From Candidatus Peribacterales bacterium (GTDB taxonomy: Bacteria; Patescibacteriota; Gracilibacteria; Peribacterales; Peribacteraceae), in assembly GCA_035289645.1 (NCBI GenBank), contig DATDWL010000002.1, forward strand, positions 759 to 64,758: a stretch of 64,000 nucleotides of DNA, written 5' to 3'. The notes beneath the pieces were generated by a model that was not told where the DNA came from, did no database searches, and worked only from the letters and a program-made list of their open reading frames with translations. Below are positions 43,096 to 52,079 of the stretch, one piece after another (the stretch's first letter is position 1; each line of letters begins with the position of its first letter). A program made the translations under genes and the position numbers.

Positions 43096-43338
43096 ATGAT
43101 TCGATTCATAAGAGTCATCCTCGGCAGCATCTGGAATTTTATTTGCATGATTTTCACAGGCGGTAAGTATGGTACGTCTGTGCCCAGCAAATATTCGTAT
43201 ACATATTCCAAATACCAAGAACAAAGAAGAAAAGATTTCGCAAAATTTGGGACACATTCTTGTAAAATCTGCAGCACAAAGATCCCCGGGAACAGGAGTT
43301 ACTGTGGGGCATGTTTTCATAGCTACAAGAAGAGATAG
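43096..43338 (+). CDS. Hypothetical small protein with C-terminal zinc ribbon
   Basis: CKIC...CGAC motif. The start is uncertain (ATGs at 43087, 43090 and 43096). Confidence 0.4.
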   Translation: MIRFIRVILGSIWNFICMIFTGGKYGTSVPSKYSYTYSKYQEQRRKDFAKFGTHSCKICSTKIPGNRSYCGACFHSYKKR

Positions 43339-43514
43339 AACCTCGGCGTCGATGAGCTATCTATCGTATTGATGCATATGAGTAGAGATGCACAACCCGA
43401 CTTTGGTACGCGGAGAATTGTGACGCAGCTCACATTTGAACAAAATTTGTATTCATGAGTCTATGGGGAGGTGCATAGGCGGTATAATCCGCATACTTTC
43501 CTCACCATCAATCT

Positions 43515-44624
43515 ATGAAGTACGCACTCCTACTCTTTACTGTGTTTACCGTGTCTCTGCTTTCTGCCTGCAGTAGAGGAGAAACGCCCACTCCCGATCA
43601 AACGCAATCGAGCAATTCATCGGTGCCGCAACCTCCACTCAATGAGGAGGATCTTGTAACAAAGAATGTCACGTACACGGGTATTTTGGAGAAGGGAGGG
43701 GTGACGATTTACCAAGAGGGGAGCCACAGGCTGATGCTAGCGGATGGCAAGATGGTGCTCCTTGATCCAATGGAAGGAACGCCTGCAATGCTTGATCTGT
43801 ATGCCGAAAAACTTGTGCGCGTGCAGGGGGATGTAAAGCCGACTGTGGAAGCCGGAGGTACGCTCATGATGGTGAAGGAAATTCAGTGGATCCGCAGAGA
43901 GAAGGATGAAAATGGAGTAGAGCAAGAAGCGCTCCGCGTGCTCTGTGGTGGAGAGAGCGGTGTTCAATGTCCGGAGGGTTTCTCTTGTGCTCTTTCGGAA
44001 GAAGGCCCCGGCATTTGTGAAGTGAGTGCTTCGTCTGCATCATCCGATACATCATCGTCATCCGCATCGTCGACTTCGTCCTCGTCCTCATCTTCTATCA
44101 CTTCATCTTCATTGAGTTCAACGAGTGCATCCTCTGTCAGTACATCATCCTCAACAAGCTCGTCCTCATCGTCCGTGAGTTCTGTATCGAGTTCTGCGGG
44201 CACATCGTCGAGCGCTGCAAGCGGGAATTATACACAATCAGTTACGTTGATGCTCGACGAGGATTACGCGCCGGAGCGCTGGACGCAGGAATACTGCTCG
44301 GCGCATGTTGGATTCTGCGTTCCTGTGCACAAGAACTGGTATTACAAATCCTTCGGGGCGCTCTCGAGCATCCTCTGGCATGTGGAAATTGGCGCCGTGA
44401 ATGTGGATCAGATGGGCGATGGGCCGATTGCTGTAGAGCTTAAATCCGGCGATCTTGCAGGACTCAGTCTTGGCAATGGCGATATTCGGATCATCGGCGA
44501 TCGCGTGATTGGGTACCGAGGCTTTACCGAGAACCGACACTTCGAAATCTCCGGTCCCAAGGAACTTCGTGAGCCCGTGGAGTACGTCACAAAAAACCTC
44601 ACGCTCGTTTCGGGAGGAGGGTGA
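43515..44624 (+). CDS. Lipoprotein with a long poly-Ser linker
   Basis: Lipobox LLSACS and a run of about 60 mostly Ser residues between two globular parts. Confidence 0.65.
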   Translation: MKYALLLFTVFTVSLLSACSRGETPTPDQTQSSNSSVPQPPLNEEDLVTKNVTYTGILEKGGVTIYQEGSHRLMLADGKMVLLDPMEGTPAMLDLYAEKLVRVQGDVKPTVEAGGTLMMVKEIQWIRREKDENGVEQEALRVLCGGESGVQCPEGFSCALSEEGPGICEVSASSASSDTSSSSASSTSSSSSSSITSSSLSSTSASSVSTSSSTSSSSSSVSSVSSSAGTSSSAASGNYTQSVTLMLDEDYAPERWTQEYCSAHVGFCVPVHKNWYYKSFGALSSILWHVEIGAVNVDQMGDGPIAVELKSGDLAGLSLGNGDIRIIGDRVIGYRGFTENRHFEISGPKELREPVEYVTKNLTLVSGGG

Positions 44625-44633
44625 AGCTCCGTT

Positions 44634-45911
44634 TCACCACATCTCGCTGACATCGGTTTTCCCAACGAAGATCGTGGATTCCTCCGTTGCGCCACTCCGT
44701 TCCAATGCTTTTTTAAGTCCGATGCGTTCGCAGATATCGCGGAATCGTTGCACGCCGCCGAAACTTTCCCAGTTCGTCATGGCAGCGATTTGTTCGATCC
44801 TGCTTCCGGAGACATGGAAAACTCCGTCCGATACATCGATCGTGAATGCATCGGTGCGCGTGTCATCGATGTGGGGGTGGAGCACGGGGATTGATTTCTC
44901 CACAGGAGATACCGCTTCTCTCATTTTTCGTTCCTCGAGGACGACATGCAGTAACGCATTGAGGAAATCCTGTATGCCATAGAGCGTTGCTGAGGAGATA
45001 ATGGCGAAGACCGGAATGTCATTTTGCTTCAACTCTTCCACGAAGATACTCGCATCATTTTGAATCAGATCAACTTTATTCAGAATCACGAGTTCGCGCT
45101 TCTTCGCGAGAGTGGGGGAGTAGGATTGCAGCTCTTTGCGGATGATGCGGTAATCCTCCACGATATTTTCTCTGCTGATATCAAGTACATGGACGAGCGC
45201 ACCGCAGCGTTCGATGTGCCGCAGAAACGTATCACCGAGGCCTTTTCCCTCGCTCGCGCCCTCGATGAGCCCCGGGACATCGCAGGCGATGAAGCTTCGA
45301 TCGTGGACGGTGACGACTCCAAGATTTGGAACGAGTGTCGTGAACGGATAGTCTGCGATCTTCGGCTTTGCGGCACTGATGACGGAAATGATGGTCGATT
45401 TGCCCACACTCGGGAATCCAATGATGCCGACCTCCGCTACGAGTTTTAGGGTGAGGTGGAGCATCTTCGTTTCCCCGGGTTCACCCATTTCCGCAAAATC
45501 AGGTGCCTGCCGGATGCTCGTTGCAAAGTGCGCATTGCCGTAGCCGCCGCGTCCTCCACGCGCAATCTTCAGGCTTTCGCCTTCGTGCGTCAGATCAGCG
45601 ATGATTGTTCCGCTTTCCGCATCTGCGATAATGGTGCCGGGCGGCACGCGCAACACAAGATCTTCTCCTCGTTTCCCTGCGCGACGATTTCTTCCTCCGC
45701 CTTCGCCATCCTCTGCTTGGAACACTTTCACTTCGGAAAAGTTTGTAAGCGTATCCGTTTGGTTATCGGCAAGGAAGAGCACATTGCCGCCATTTCCCCC
45801 ATCGCCTCCCCATGGGCCGCCGCGGGGCACATACTTCTCCTTCCGCCACGAAACGAGGCCTTTGCCGCCCTTTCCTCCATGCACGGTGATGGTGGCTTCG
45901 TCGAGGAACAT
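44634..45911 (-). CDS. obg: GTPase Obg
   Basis: Gly-rich Obg fold (HGGKGGKGLVSWRKEKYVPRGGPWGGDGGNGGNV) and G1 motif GFPSVGKST. Confidence 0.93.
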   Translation of the reverse strand: MFLDEATITVHGGKGGKGLVSWRKEKYVPRGGPWGGDGGNGGNVLFLADNQTDTLTNFSEVKVFQAEDGEGGGRNRRAGKRGEDLVLRVPPGTIIADAESGTIIADLTHEGESLKIARGGRGGYGNAHFATSIRQAPDFAEMGEPGETKMLHLTLKLVAEVGIIGFPSVGKSTIISVISAAKPKIADYPFTTLVPNLGVVTVHDRSFIACDVPGLIEGASEGKGLGDTFLRHIERCGALVHVLDISRENIVEDYRIIRKELQSYSPTLAKKRELVILNKVDLIQNDASIFVEELKQNDIPVFAIISSATLYGIQDFLNALLHVVLEERKMREAVSPVEKSIPVLHPHIDDTRTDAFTIDVSDGVFHVSGSRIEQIAAMTNWESFGGVQRFRDICERIGLKKALERSGATEESTIFVGKTDVSEMW

Positions 45912-45968
45912 AGGAAAATGAAAGAGAAGAGGAGAAGATCAAGAAGATGAGAGGAGGGTATCAGGTTC

Positions 45969-46232
45969 TTAGGTTTCTTTCTTCCGAATCCAGTGCTTCT
46001 TTACGAGTGGCAGCGTTTGGAGAGAGAGGATGAAGCCGACAACCGGAACAAACGCATTCAGAAACGGCTGAGGAATATCTGTGAGGAAGAGAAAGAGAGC
46101 GGCAAAACCGTACGTCATAGCACCAAGAGTGATCATCCGCGTTAAACTCCTCTCCCACGCCTTTTCGGCTTCGACGCGGCGATTGCGTTGCTCGATAGCG
46201 TGGAGGCGTTGGTTGATATCTGGGTCATTCAT
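45969..46232 (-). CDS. Hypothetical small membrane protein
   Basis: 87 aa with two TM segments, between tRNA-Leu and obg. Confidence 0.5.
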   Translation of the reverse strand: MNDPDINQRLHAIEQRNRRVEAEKAWERSLTRMITLGAMTYGFAALFLFLTDIPQPFLNAFVPVVGFILSLQTLPLVKKHWIRKKET

Positions 46233-46248
46233 AGTGATGAAATGTGTG

Positions 46249-46334
46249 TGGTGCCGAGAGAGGGAATCGAACCCTCACACCTTGTGGGTACACGATTTTG
46301 AGTCGTGCGCGTCTACCAATTCCGCCATCTCGGC
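46249..46334 (-). tRNA. tRNA-Leu (anticodon CAA), long variable arm, CCA encoded
   Basis: The reverse complement reads gccgagatggcggaattggtagacgcgcacgactCAAaatcgtgtacccacaaggtgtgagggttcgattccctctctcggcacca. Confidence 0.93.
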
Positions 46335-46353
46335 GACGAAAACATTGTACGTC

Positions 46354-46381
46354 GTAGGGGCGTAGCATGCTACGCCCCTAC
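46354..46381. repeat. Perfect 28-bp palindrome gtaggggcgtagca/tgctacgcccctac
   Basis: Overlaps the polX stop codon. A near-identical copy lies at 52042-52069. Confidence 0.85.
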
Positions 46382-48106
46382 TATCTTGAAGAATTCCGTG
46401 AATGGCAGCGTATTCACCACATCACCCTTCTCTAGCCACCCCCTCCTTGCCTGCAGTATCCCAAAGCGATAATCAAATCCTTTGGTTGAATGCGCATCCG
46501 ATCCCATCACGATTTTTACGCCCAATTCTTTCGCACGACGCAGATGTACATCCGGGAGATCGAGGCGTTCGTGCGATGTATTGAGCTCGATCCAGACATT
46601 GTTCGCTTTGGCTGCGTTCAGCACCGCATCCACATCAAACTCGATCCCCGGGCGCTTCCCAAGGATGCGTGTTGTCGGGTGTCCCAGAGCATGGACATAC
46701 GGGTTTTCGCATGCGCGGATGAGGCGAGCGGTATTTTGCTCCCGCGAATCGTGAAAATTTTGGTGGATCGACGCAATCACAAAGTCGAGTTGCTGTAAAA
46801 GTTCATCCGGTAAATACAAACCCCCGTCGCGAAGAATATCCACCTCGGATCCTGCGAGAATATGGATGCCGGAAAATTTTTTTCGCGCATGCTCAATTTT
46901 TTTCAAATACTCTTCCAATGATCGGTGCGTATCTTTGATTCCCTTCACCATACCCATTGGTGATGCGTGATCTGTGATTGCGATGTATTCCAAGCCTCGC
47001 TCCTTTGCTGCTTTCACCATTTCCTCGATCGAGGCTGCGCCATCGCTTACGGTGCTATGCATGTGGAGATCGCTGCGGAGATCACGTTCCTCGATCAAAT
47101 GAGGAAGTTTCCCGGCTTCTGCCGCCTCAATTTCTCCTCGATCTTCCCGAAGTTCCGGAGCGATAAAGGAGAGCCCAAGCGCTTTGTACACATCTTCCTC
47201 CGTTTCCGAAGCGATGAGTTTCCCCTTCTTTTTCGCAGTTCCCTTGTGCACCCCATATTCCGAAATCGTGAGTCCCTTTTTGATACCGATTCTGCGAATA
47301 TGGACATTGTGATCTTTACTCCCCGTAAAGTAGTGGAGCGCGGCACCGAAGACTTCCTCCTCCACTACGCGAAGATCCGCATCGAGTCCCGCCTTCAAAA
47401 AAACTGTGGATTTCGTCTCTCCCTTTGCAGTAACGCTTTCAACCACAGGGAGATTGCAGAACACCTCCATCACCTTCTTCGCCTTGCTACTCGCAACGAG
47501 GAAATCGAGATCGCCAACGGTCTCTCTTCCCCGCCGAAGACTTCCTGCAACTTCGATCTTCGTGCAGAGCTTTGTAGCGCGGAGCGCATCCACGATGCCT
47601 TGCGCGAGGCTCCACACTTCACCAATCGGAAGTCTTCCCGACATCCGGCTCCGCTGATCGACACCACGTAAAAGATTAATTACAGATTTCTCGCCCCAGC
47701 CGGGGAGCTTTGCAATCTTTCCGCTTTCCGCAAGCTTTACGAGCTCTGCGATGCTCTTCACTTTGAATTTTTCCCAGAGCTGTTTTGTTTTCTTTGGTCC
47801 TACGCCTTCGATTTCCATAATCTCGAGCAGACCCTTTGGCACTTTCTTCTCGATTTGAGTCAGGTAGGGGAGTTTGCCCGTTGTCACCATCTCCTCAATC
47901 TTTTCTGCAAGATCTTTCCCGATGCCGGGGAGCGAAAGAAGCTCCTTTTTGCCACCGGATTCGTACATCTTCTTCAGATCCGTTGGCAAATTCTCCACCA
48001 TCATCGCTGCACGCTCATACGCTCGCACGCGAAACGGATTTTCATTCTTCAAATCGAGGATGAGCGCGATCCGTGCGAACACTGCTGCGATTTCGGCGTT
48101 GGTCAT
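46370..48106 (-). CDS. polX: DNA polymerase X family protein with C-terminal PHP domain
   Basis: HhH motifs (LPGIGKDLAEKIEE), a pol-beta-like core and PHP motifs (HMHSTVSDG...IAITDH). Confidence 0.9.
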   Translation of the reverse strand: MTNAEIAAVFARIALILDLKNENPFRVRAYERAAMMVENLPTDLKKMYESGGKKELLSLPGIGKDLAEKIEEMVTTGKLPYLTQIEKKVPKGLLEIMEIEGVGPKKTKQLWEKFKVKSIAELVKLAESGKIAKLPGWGEKSVINLLRGVDQRSRMSGRLPIGEVWSLAQGIVDALRATKLCTKIEVAGSLRRGRETVGDLDFLVASSKAKKVMEVFCNLPVVESVTAKGETKSTVFLKAGLDADLRVVEEEVFGAALHYFTGSKDHNVHIRRIGIKKGLTISEYGVHKGTAKKKGKLIASETEEDVYKALGLSFIAPELREDRGEIEAAEAGKLPHLIEERDLRSDLHMHSTVSDGAASIEEMVKAAKERGLEYIAITDHASPMGMVKGIKDTHRSLEEYLKKIEHARKKFSGIHILAGSEVDILRDGGLYLPDELLQQLDFVIASIHQNFHDSREQNTARLIRACENPYVHALGHPTTRILGKRPGIEFDVDAVLNAAKANNVWIELNTSHERLDLPDVHLRRAKELGVKIVMGSDAHSTKGFDYRFGILQARRGWLEKGDVVNTLPFTEFFKIVGA

Positions 48107-48140
48107 GGAAGGATTGTACCTTGCATGTCACGCTGAGGAC

Positions 48141-49298
48141 TTACGTCACCACCTCCTCCAATCGCCCTTCTTGTACCGCTTGTTTAATCTCCTTCGCAAT
48201 TCTCTCTCCATAACTCATCGGTTCGCCATGGAGGTACATCGAATACGGCGTGAATTTGGTTCCGGGGGAGCCTGGAATCCTGAGCGAAACATCAAAAATG
48301 ACGATGTCTTCTTTTCCTTCCTCCGCAACGACTGCGCCCTGCAGAGCAAATGGACCGATGATGCCTTTTCCGCCTGTGCTGAGCCCCGTCGAAGCATCCA
48401 TCTTCTTAGTTGCAGCAACAAATTTTTCCCCGAGCTCAAATGCTTTTTCGAGCAGAGACTCCTTCACAGTGACTGCGATGTGGCCGGTTTCGATCCGTTT
48501 TACATCAAATGTTTCTCGGATGATGGTTTGTTCGTGTGCCGTGAGATGTATAAATCCATCGAGATTCGTTTGGCGTCGCATATCTGTTCCCATGAGTTCC
48601 AATTCTCCAGAAAGAGGGGAGTAGAAATAGTTAAAATTGATCTGTGCACCGAGGATATATTCTTCGATCGGTGCCTTTCGCCAGTTTGGGGAAACTTTTC
48701 CTTCTTTCTCCAATTTTGATCCAATGGAATCGTATTGTCCTGCCGTTGGTACAAAGAAAAAAGCTCGCTCATAACCTCTTTGAACTTCTTGAGCCTTCAC
48801 AATCACTGGCCGATCAATTTCCTCAGGTTTCGAGAAAAGTTTTGGAGTTCTGATTCCAGCATCACGGAGTAAATGATACTGGTTGTACTTTTGATCGCGT
48901 TCCTCGATTTTCACATACGTTCGGTTTCCAAAAATCGGAACGGTGAACTCATTTTCAATTTTTGCGTAATCGCTCATGTATACCCAAAAGTAGCGATTCT
49001 GGATGAAGATCGTATTCATTGAGCGGAGCTTTTGTACAATGTCTGCCTTCAAAACATCTTCGAACGCATCCACGACAATGGTTTCATCGACACAGCCTCT
49101 GCCATCATGAGTTTTGTAATATTTCACATAAGTTTTCTCTCTACCCTTTCTCGCGACGCACACCGTCTTCAACCTTTCCTTTTTTGCTCCGTGGCAACAA
49201 TCAAGTGCGCTGTGCCCGCCAAGGACGCCAATCGTAAGGTTCGATTGATCGTAGCCTTTGAGGAGATCAGCAACATTCATGAGTTTGTATGAGGACAT
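48141..49298 (-). CDS. purP: PurP-type (archaeal) formate-dependent FAICAR synthetase, paralogue 1
   Basis: LTIGVLGGHSALDCCHGAKKE..., ATP-grasp core, ...PFALQGAV...FDVSLRIPGSPG. Start set at ATG 49298. Confidence 0.8.
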   Translation of the reverse strand: MSSYKLMNVADLLKGYDQSNLTIGVLGGHSALDCCHGAKKERLKTVCVARKGREKTYVKYYKTHDGRGCVDETIVVDAFEDVLKADIVQKLRSMNTIFIQNRYFWVYMSDYAKIENEFTVPIFGNRTYVKIEERDQKYNQYHLLRDAGIRTPKLFSKPEEIDRPVIVKAQEVQRGYERAFFFVPTAGQYDSIGSKLEKEGKVSPNWRKAPIEEYILGAQINFNYFYSPLSGELELMGTDMRRQTNLDGFIHLTAHEQTIIRETFDVKRIETGHIAVTVKESLLEKAFELGEKFVAATKKMDASTGLSTGGKGIIGPFALQGAVVAEEGKEDIVIFDVSLRIPGSPGTKFTPYSMYLHGEPMSYGERIAKEIKQAVQEGRLEEVVT

Positions 49299-49344
49299 TA
49301 CCCTGTTCTCTGTAGAACCTGAATTATCGCAGAAATTCTCTAAG

Positions 49345-49373
49345 TTGCAATAACATAAATTATGTATTATAGT
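49345..49373 (+). promoter_or_regulatory. Promoter TTGCAA-N17-TATAGT, 7 nt upstream of ATG 49381
   Basis: The palindromic TTGCAA can also serve as the -35 box of the divergent purP promoter (TTGCAA-N16-GATAAT on the minus strand). Confidence 0.6.
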
Positions 49374-49380
49374 AATAATC

Positions 49381-50922
49381 ATGGATAAGGTTCCTAAAAC
49401 GGATCCCAATGATATTTTTCGGCGTTTTGCTGTGGAGCGATGGTTGGAAGAAAACTTAAATATAGGTGCGTCCAATTGTATCGCCACGCTCGATGAGAGC
49501 ATGGTTGCGCGCATTCTTCAAGAAGGGCCGAAAGCCATTCGTGCAATTTTGAAGGAGCCCCGATGGGGGAATCGTAAAAATGATGGAGGTGTGCTGTATA
49601 CCTCGCTTCAAAATGCGCTCAAAAGCGTCGCACAAGAATCCAATGATCCTCTTTATCACGCCCCGTGGCAGGAGGAGAATTTTACCAATACGCCACTCGA
49701 GGTAGGGGAAGAACAGTTCTCCACTGAACAATCGATGGAACATGTCGGGCCCATTGATCATGCGGTTGATTCTTTTAAAGAACTGTTGATGCAATTATCG
49801 GATGCACAGGTGACACCCGAATTTGTTGAGCGCTCTTTTCAGTTATTCAAAGACGAATGTATCCGTCTGAATCCAAACTATATTTTTCGTTTTGATCTTA
49901 CAGAGGCACGCAGAAGACTTCTGCGTGGAGATCCTACGCCATTAAAAGTCCTTATCTTTGAGTTTAATGAGCAGATTTGCTACCCGTCAAATAGGGTGTA
50001 TACCCCTATTACCATTGGGCCGAATGAACTCTTAGTAGAATATTATGATGCGAGTATTTATGGGCATTGGAGGAAACATGTAACACCCACAGGACAGATC
50101 GGTTTTTCGGCCAGTGTAAGCAGAAAAAGGGGAAGGAACGATAACTGTGTACAGTCTGCAATGACGATGGGGAATCGTTTTTTTCTTGAAGATGCAGAAT
50201 TACGAGTCGATAGTGATGATCATTATAAGATGATACAGACGAGCACCGAACAGAATCCATGTTGGTATGCTCTTCGGTCATATTTTCGTGCTCGTAATAT
50301 TAACGCCGATCAGTATTTTCAATTCTTGGAGCAATTTCGAATAATATTTGAAGAACGTGAGCATCTCTACGATCAGAGCTGTATTGAGTTATATAAGGAA
50401 CAGCATCCGAACAAAGAGCAGTATGCGGCAACGACAGATGTGCTCATCGCATCGCGGGGCGGCTCACTCACAAATTTGTGGAAGCAAAAACAGAATACGG
50501 ACTTCAAGTACATTATGGAGAATATTACTACTGAGTTTGTGGGACAATTAGGTGGACTCATCCATAATATGCAGGCTTTCATCAAACGTGGAGAGATGGC
50601 TATGGCATTTGCTGCGTTCCTGAATTATTTGGGTCTGATGTGTGATAGCACTTCGTTGAAACAGGAGATCGTGATGCGGTGTGACGATAAACAGCAGGCG
50701 GAAGACAAAATAGCGAATATACCGAATGGGGCATATATGTTTGTCGGAGAGATACTCATTCATGATCTTGATAGTAGCGGCTCGACATTTAATATTTTAA
50801 GTCGTTGCCAGCAGGGCAGTGACGAACACCCTGCACACGTTGCTTTGCGACTTCTTGAGGAAGTCTATGCAAAAAATTCACACTCTCTCGAAGAGAGAAA
50901 GAAGCTTTTGAACATTGAATAA
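49381..50922 (+). CDS. Hypothetical 513-aa cytoplasmic protein (orphan)
   Basis: Long clean ORF, AT-richer, no motif recognised, wedged between the two purP paralogues. Confidence 0.65.
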   Translation: MDKVPKTDPNDIFRRFAVERWLEENLNIGASNCIATLDESMVARILQEGPKAIRAILKEPRWGNRKNDGGVLYTSLQNALKSVAQESNDPLYHAPWQEENFTNTPLEVGEEQFSTEQSMEHVGPIDHAVDSFKELLMQLSDAQVTPEFVERSFQLFKDECIRLNPNYIFRFDLTEARRRLLRGDPTPLKVLIFEFNEQICYPSNRVYTPITIGPNELLVEYYDASIYGHWRKHVTPTGQIGFSASVSRKRGRNDNCVQSAMTMGNRFFLEDAELRVDSDDHYKMIQTSTEQNPCWYALRSYFRARNINADQYFQFLEQFRIIFEEREHLYDQSCIELYKEQHPNKEQYAATTDVLIASRGGSLTNLWKQKQNTDFKYIMENITTEFVGQLGGLIHNMQAFIKRGEMAMAFAAFLNYLGLMCDSTSLKQEIVMRCDDKQQAEDKIANIPNGAYMFVGEILIHDLDSSGSTFNILSRCQQGSDEHPAHVALRLLEEVYAKNSHSLEERKKLLNIE

Positions 50923-50929
50923 GGGAGAA

Positions 50930-51982
50930 CTAGCCAAGGATTTCCGCAATACGACCCAACTCAATCGCCTGTTTAATATCTCTTGCCATTCTCCTCCCCG
51001 TACTCATCGGCACATCGTACTTGAGTGCGGTGTAAGGGGAGCCCTCAATATACGGATTTGTGCCGGCAACAATCCTTGCCGAAATTTCGAAGACGAAGAT
51101 TTGCAGCTTCCTCGTCACAATGCATTCGAGGCAGAACGGACCAAAGAGCCCTTTTGTTCCTGTCACTTCGCGGCTGGTGTTAACCACGCGATCACCCATG
51201 TCGAACATTTCGGGCAGGAGTGATTCGCGGACGACCACGGGAATATTGCCGACGATCGTATAACTTGTGTGAATATTCGCTGCGAGTTGATCCTCCGCTT
51301 TGATTCTTCCAATAGAATCTGCATTTGATTCGTAGCGTTTATCAAATCCCATGATTTCGAGCTCTCCCGTGATGGGGGAGTAGAAGTAATGGATGTACAG
51401 CGGTACGCCTATAATGTATTCCTGCAAAACGAAATCAGTCTCGTTCGGGTATTTGCGGTTCTTCACCTCGTAGAACTGTTCCGCATTTTTGGCGATGAAG
51501 TAGCCAAAACCGCCGCCTGCGCCGTGAAACTTCACAATCACGGCTTTGTCGATGTCCTCCGGCTTTTCGTGAACTTTCGGGAGCAAGAGTCCGGCCTTTT
51601 CCATCCACACACGTTCCATTTTTCGATTCGATTCCCATTCCAGTATTTCCTTCGTGCCGTAGTACATCACGTTCATATTTTTGACACGATCGTGGCCCAT
51701 GTAGGCGATGAACGATCCATGCGGGATGATGATGGCGTTCCTCTTGCGAAGTTCTGCTTCCAACGTTTCATCCCACGCATTCCATTCATCCACCATTAAA
51801 ATTTCATCCGCAACGCCGTAGCTCTTGTACGGACGTTCGCATCCTTTTTTACAGATCACAAGATTCCGCATGCCTTCGTCCCGCGCACCCTTCAAAATCT
51901 GGAGGGCGCTATGGCTCCCGAGCGTCGCGATCGTGAAATCTTTCGGATTCGTGGAAGCCGGCGGAATGAGTCCGGATTTCAT
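50930..51982 (-). CDS. purP: PurP-type FAICAR synthetase, paralogue 2
   Basis: FTIATLGSHSALQILKGARDEG...YFYSPITGELEIMGFDKRYE...PFCLECIV...FEISARIVAGTN. Confidence 0.8.
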   Translation of the reverse strand: MKSGLIPPASTNPKDFTIATLGSHSALQILKGARDEGMRNLVICKKGCERPYKSYGVADEILMVDEWNAWDETLEAELRKRNAIIIPHGSFIAYMGHDRVKNMNVMYYGTKEILEWESNRKMERVWMEKAGLLLPKVHEKPEDIDKAVIVKFHGAGGGFGYFIAKNAEQFYEVKNRKYPNETDFVLQEYIIGVPLYIHYFYSPITGELEIMGFDKRYESNADSIGRIKAEDQLAANIHTSYTIVGNIPVVVRESLLPEMFDMGDRVVNTSREVTGTKGLFGPFCLECIVTRKLQIFVFEISARIVAGTNPYIEGSPYTALKYDVPMSTGRRMARDIKQAIELGRIAEILG

Positions 51983-52041
51983 GGTATTTCGGTAAATGTA
52001 CCAGAATTGGCTTTGAACGCAAGAGAAACAAATGAAGGGTC

Positions 52042-52069
52042 GTAGGGGCGTAGCACGTTACGCCCTTAC
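52042..52069. repeat. Second copy of the 28-bp palindrome (gtaggggcgtagcacgttacgcccttac)
   Basis: Lies in the divergent purP2 / btuF-like intergenic region and overlaps the TACAGT -10 box of the btuF-like gene. Confidence 0.8.
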
Positions 52070-52079
52070 AGTATGGCGT

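Noticed and set aside
44030-44215. Repetitive DNA that might be taken for a CRISPR array or other tandem-repeat array. It also occurs at 57885-57960 and 9330-9420.
   Set aside because: These are in-frame poly-Ser (TCN/AGY) coding linkers inside secreted proteins, with no repeat-spacer periodicity. No CRISPR array or cas gene is visible anywhere in the window.
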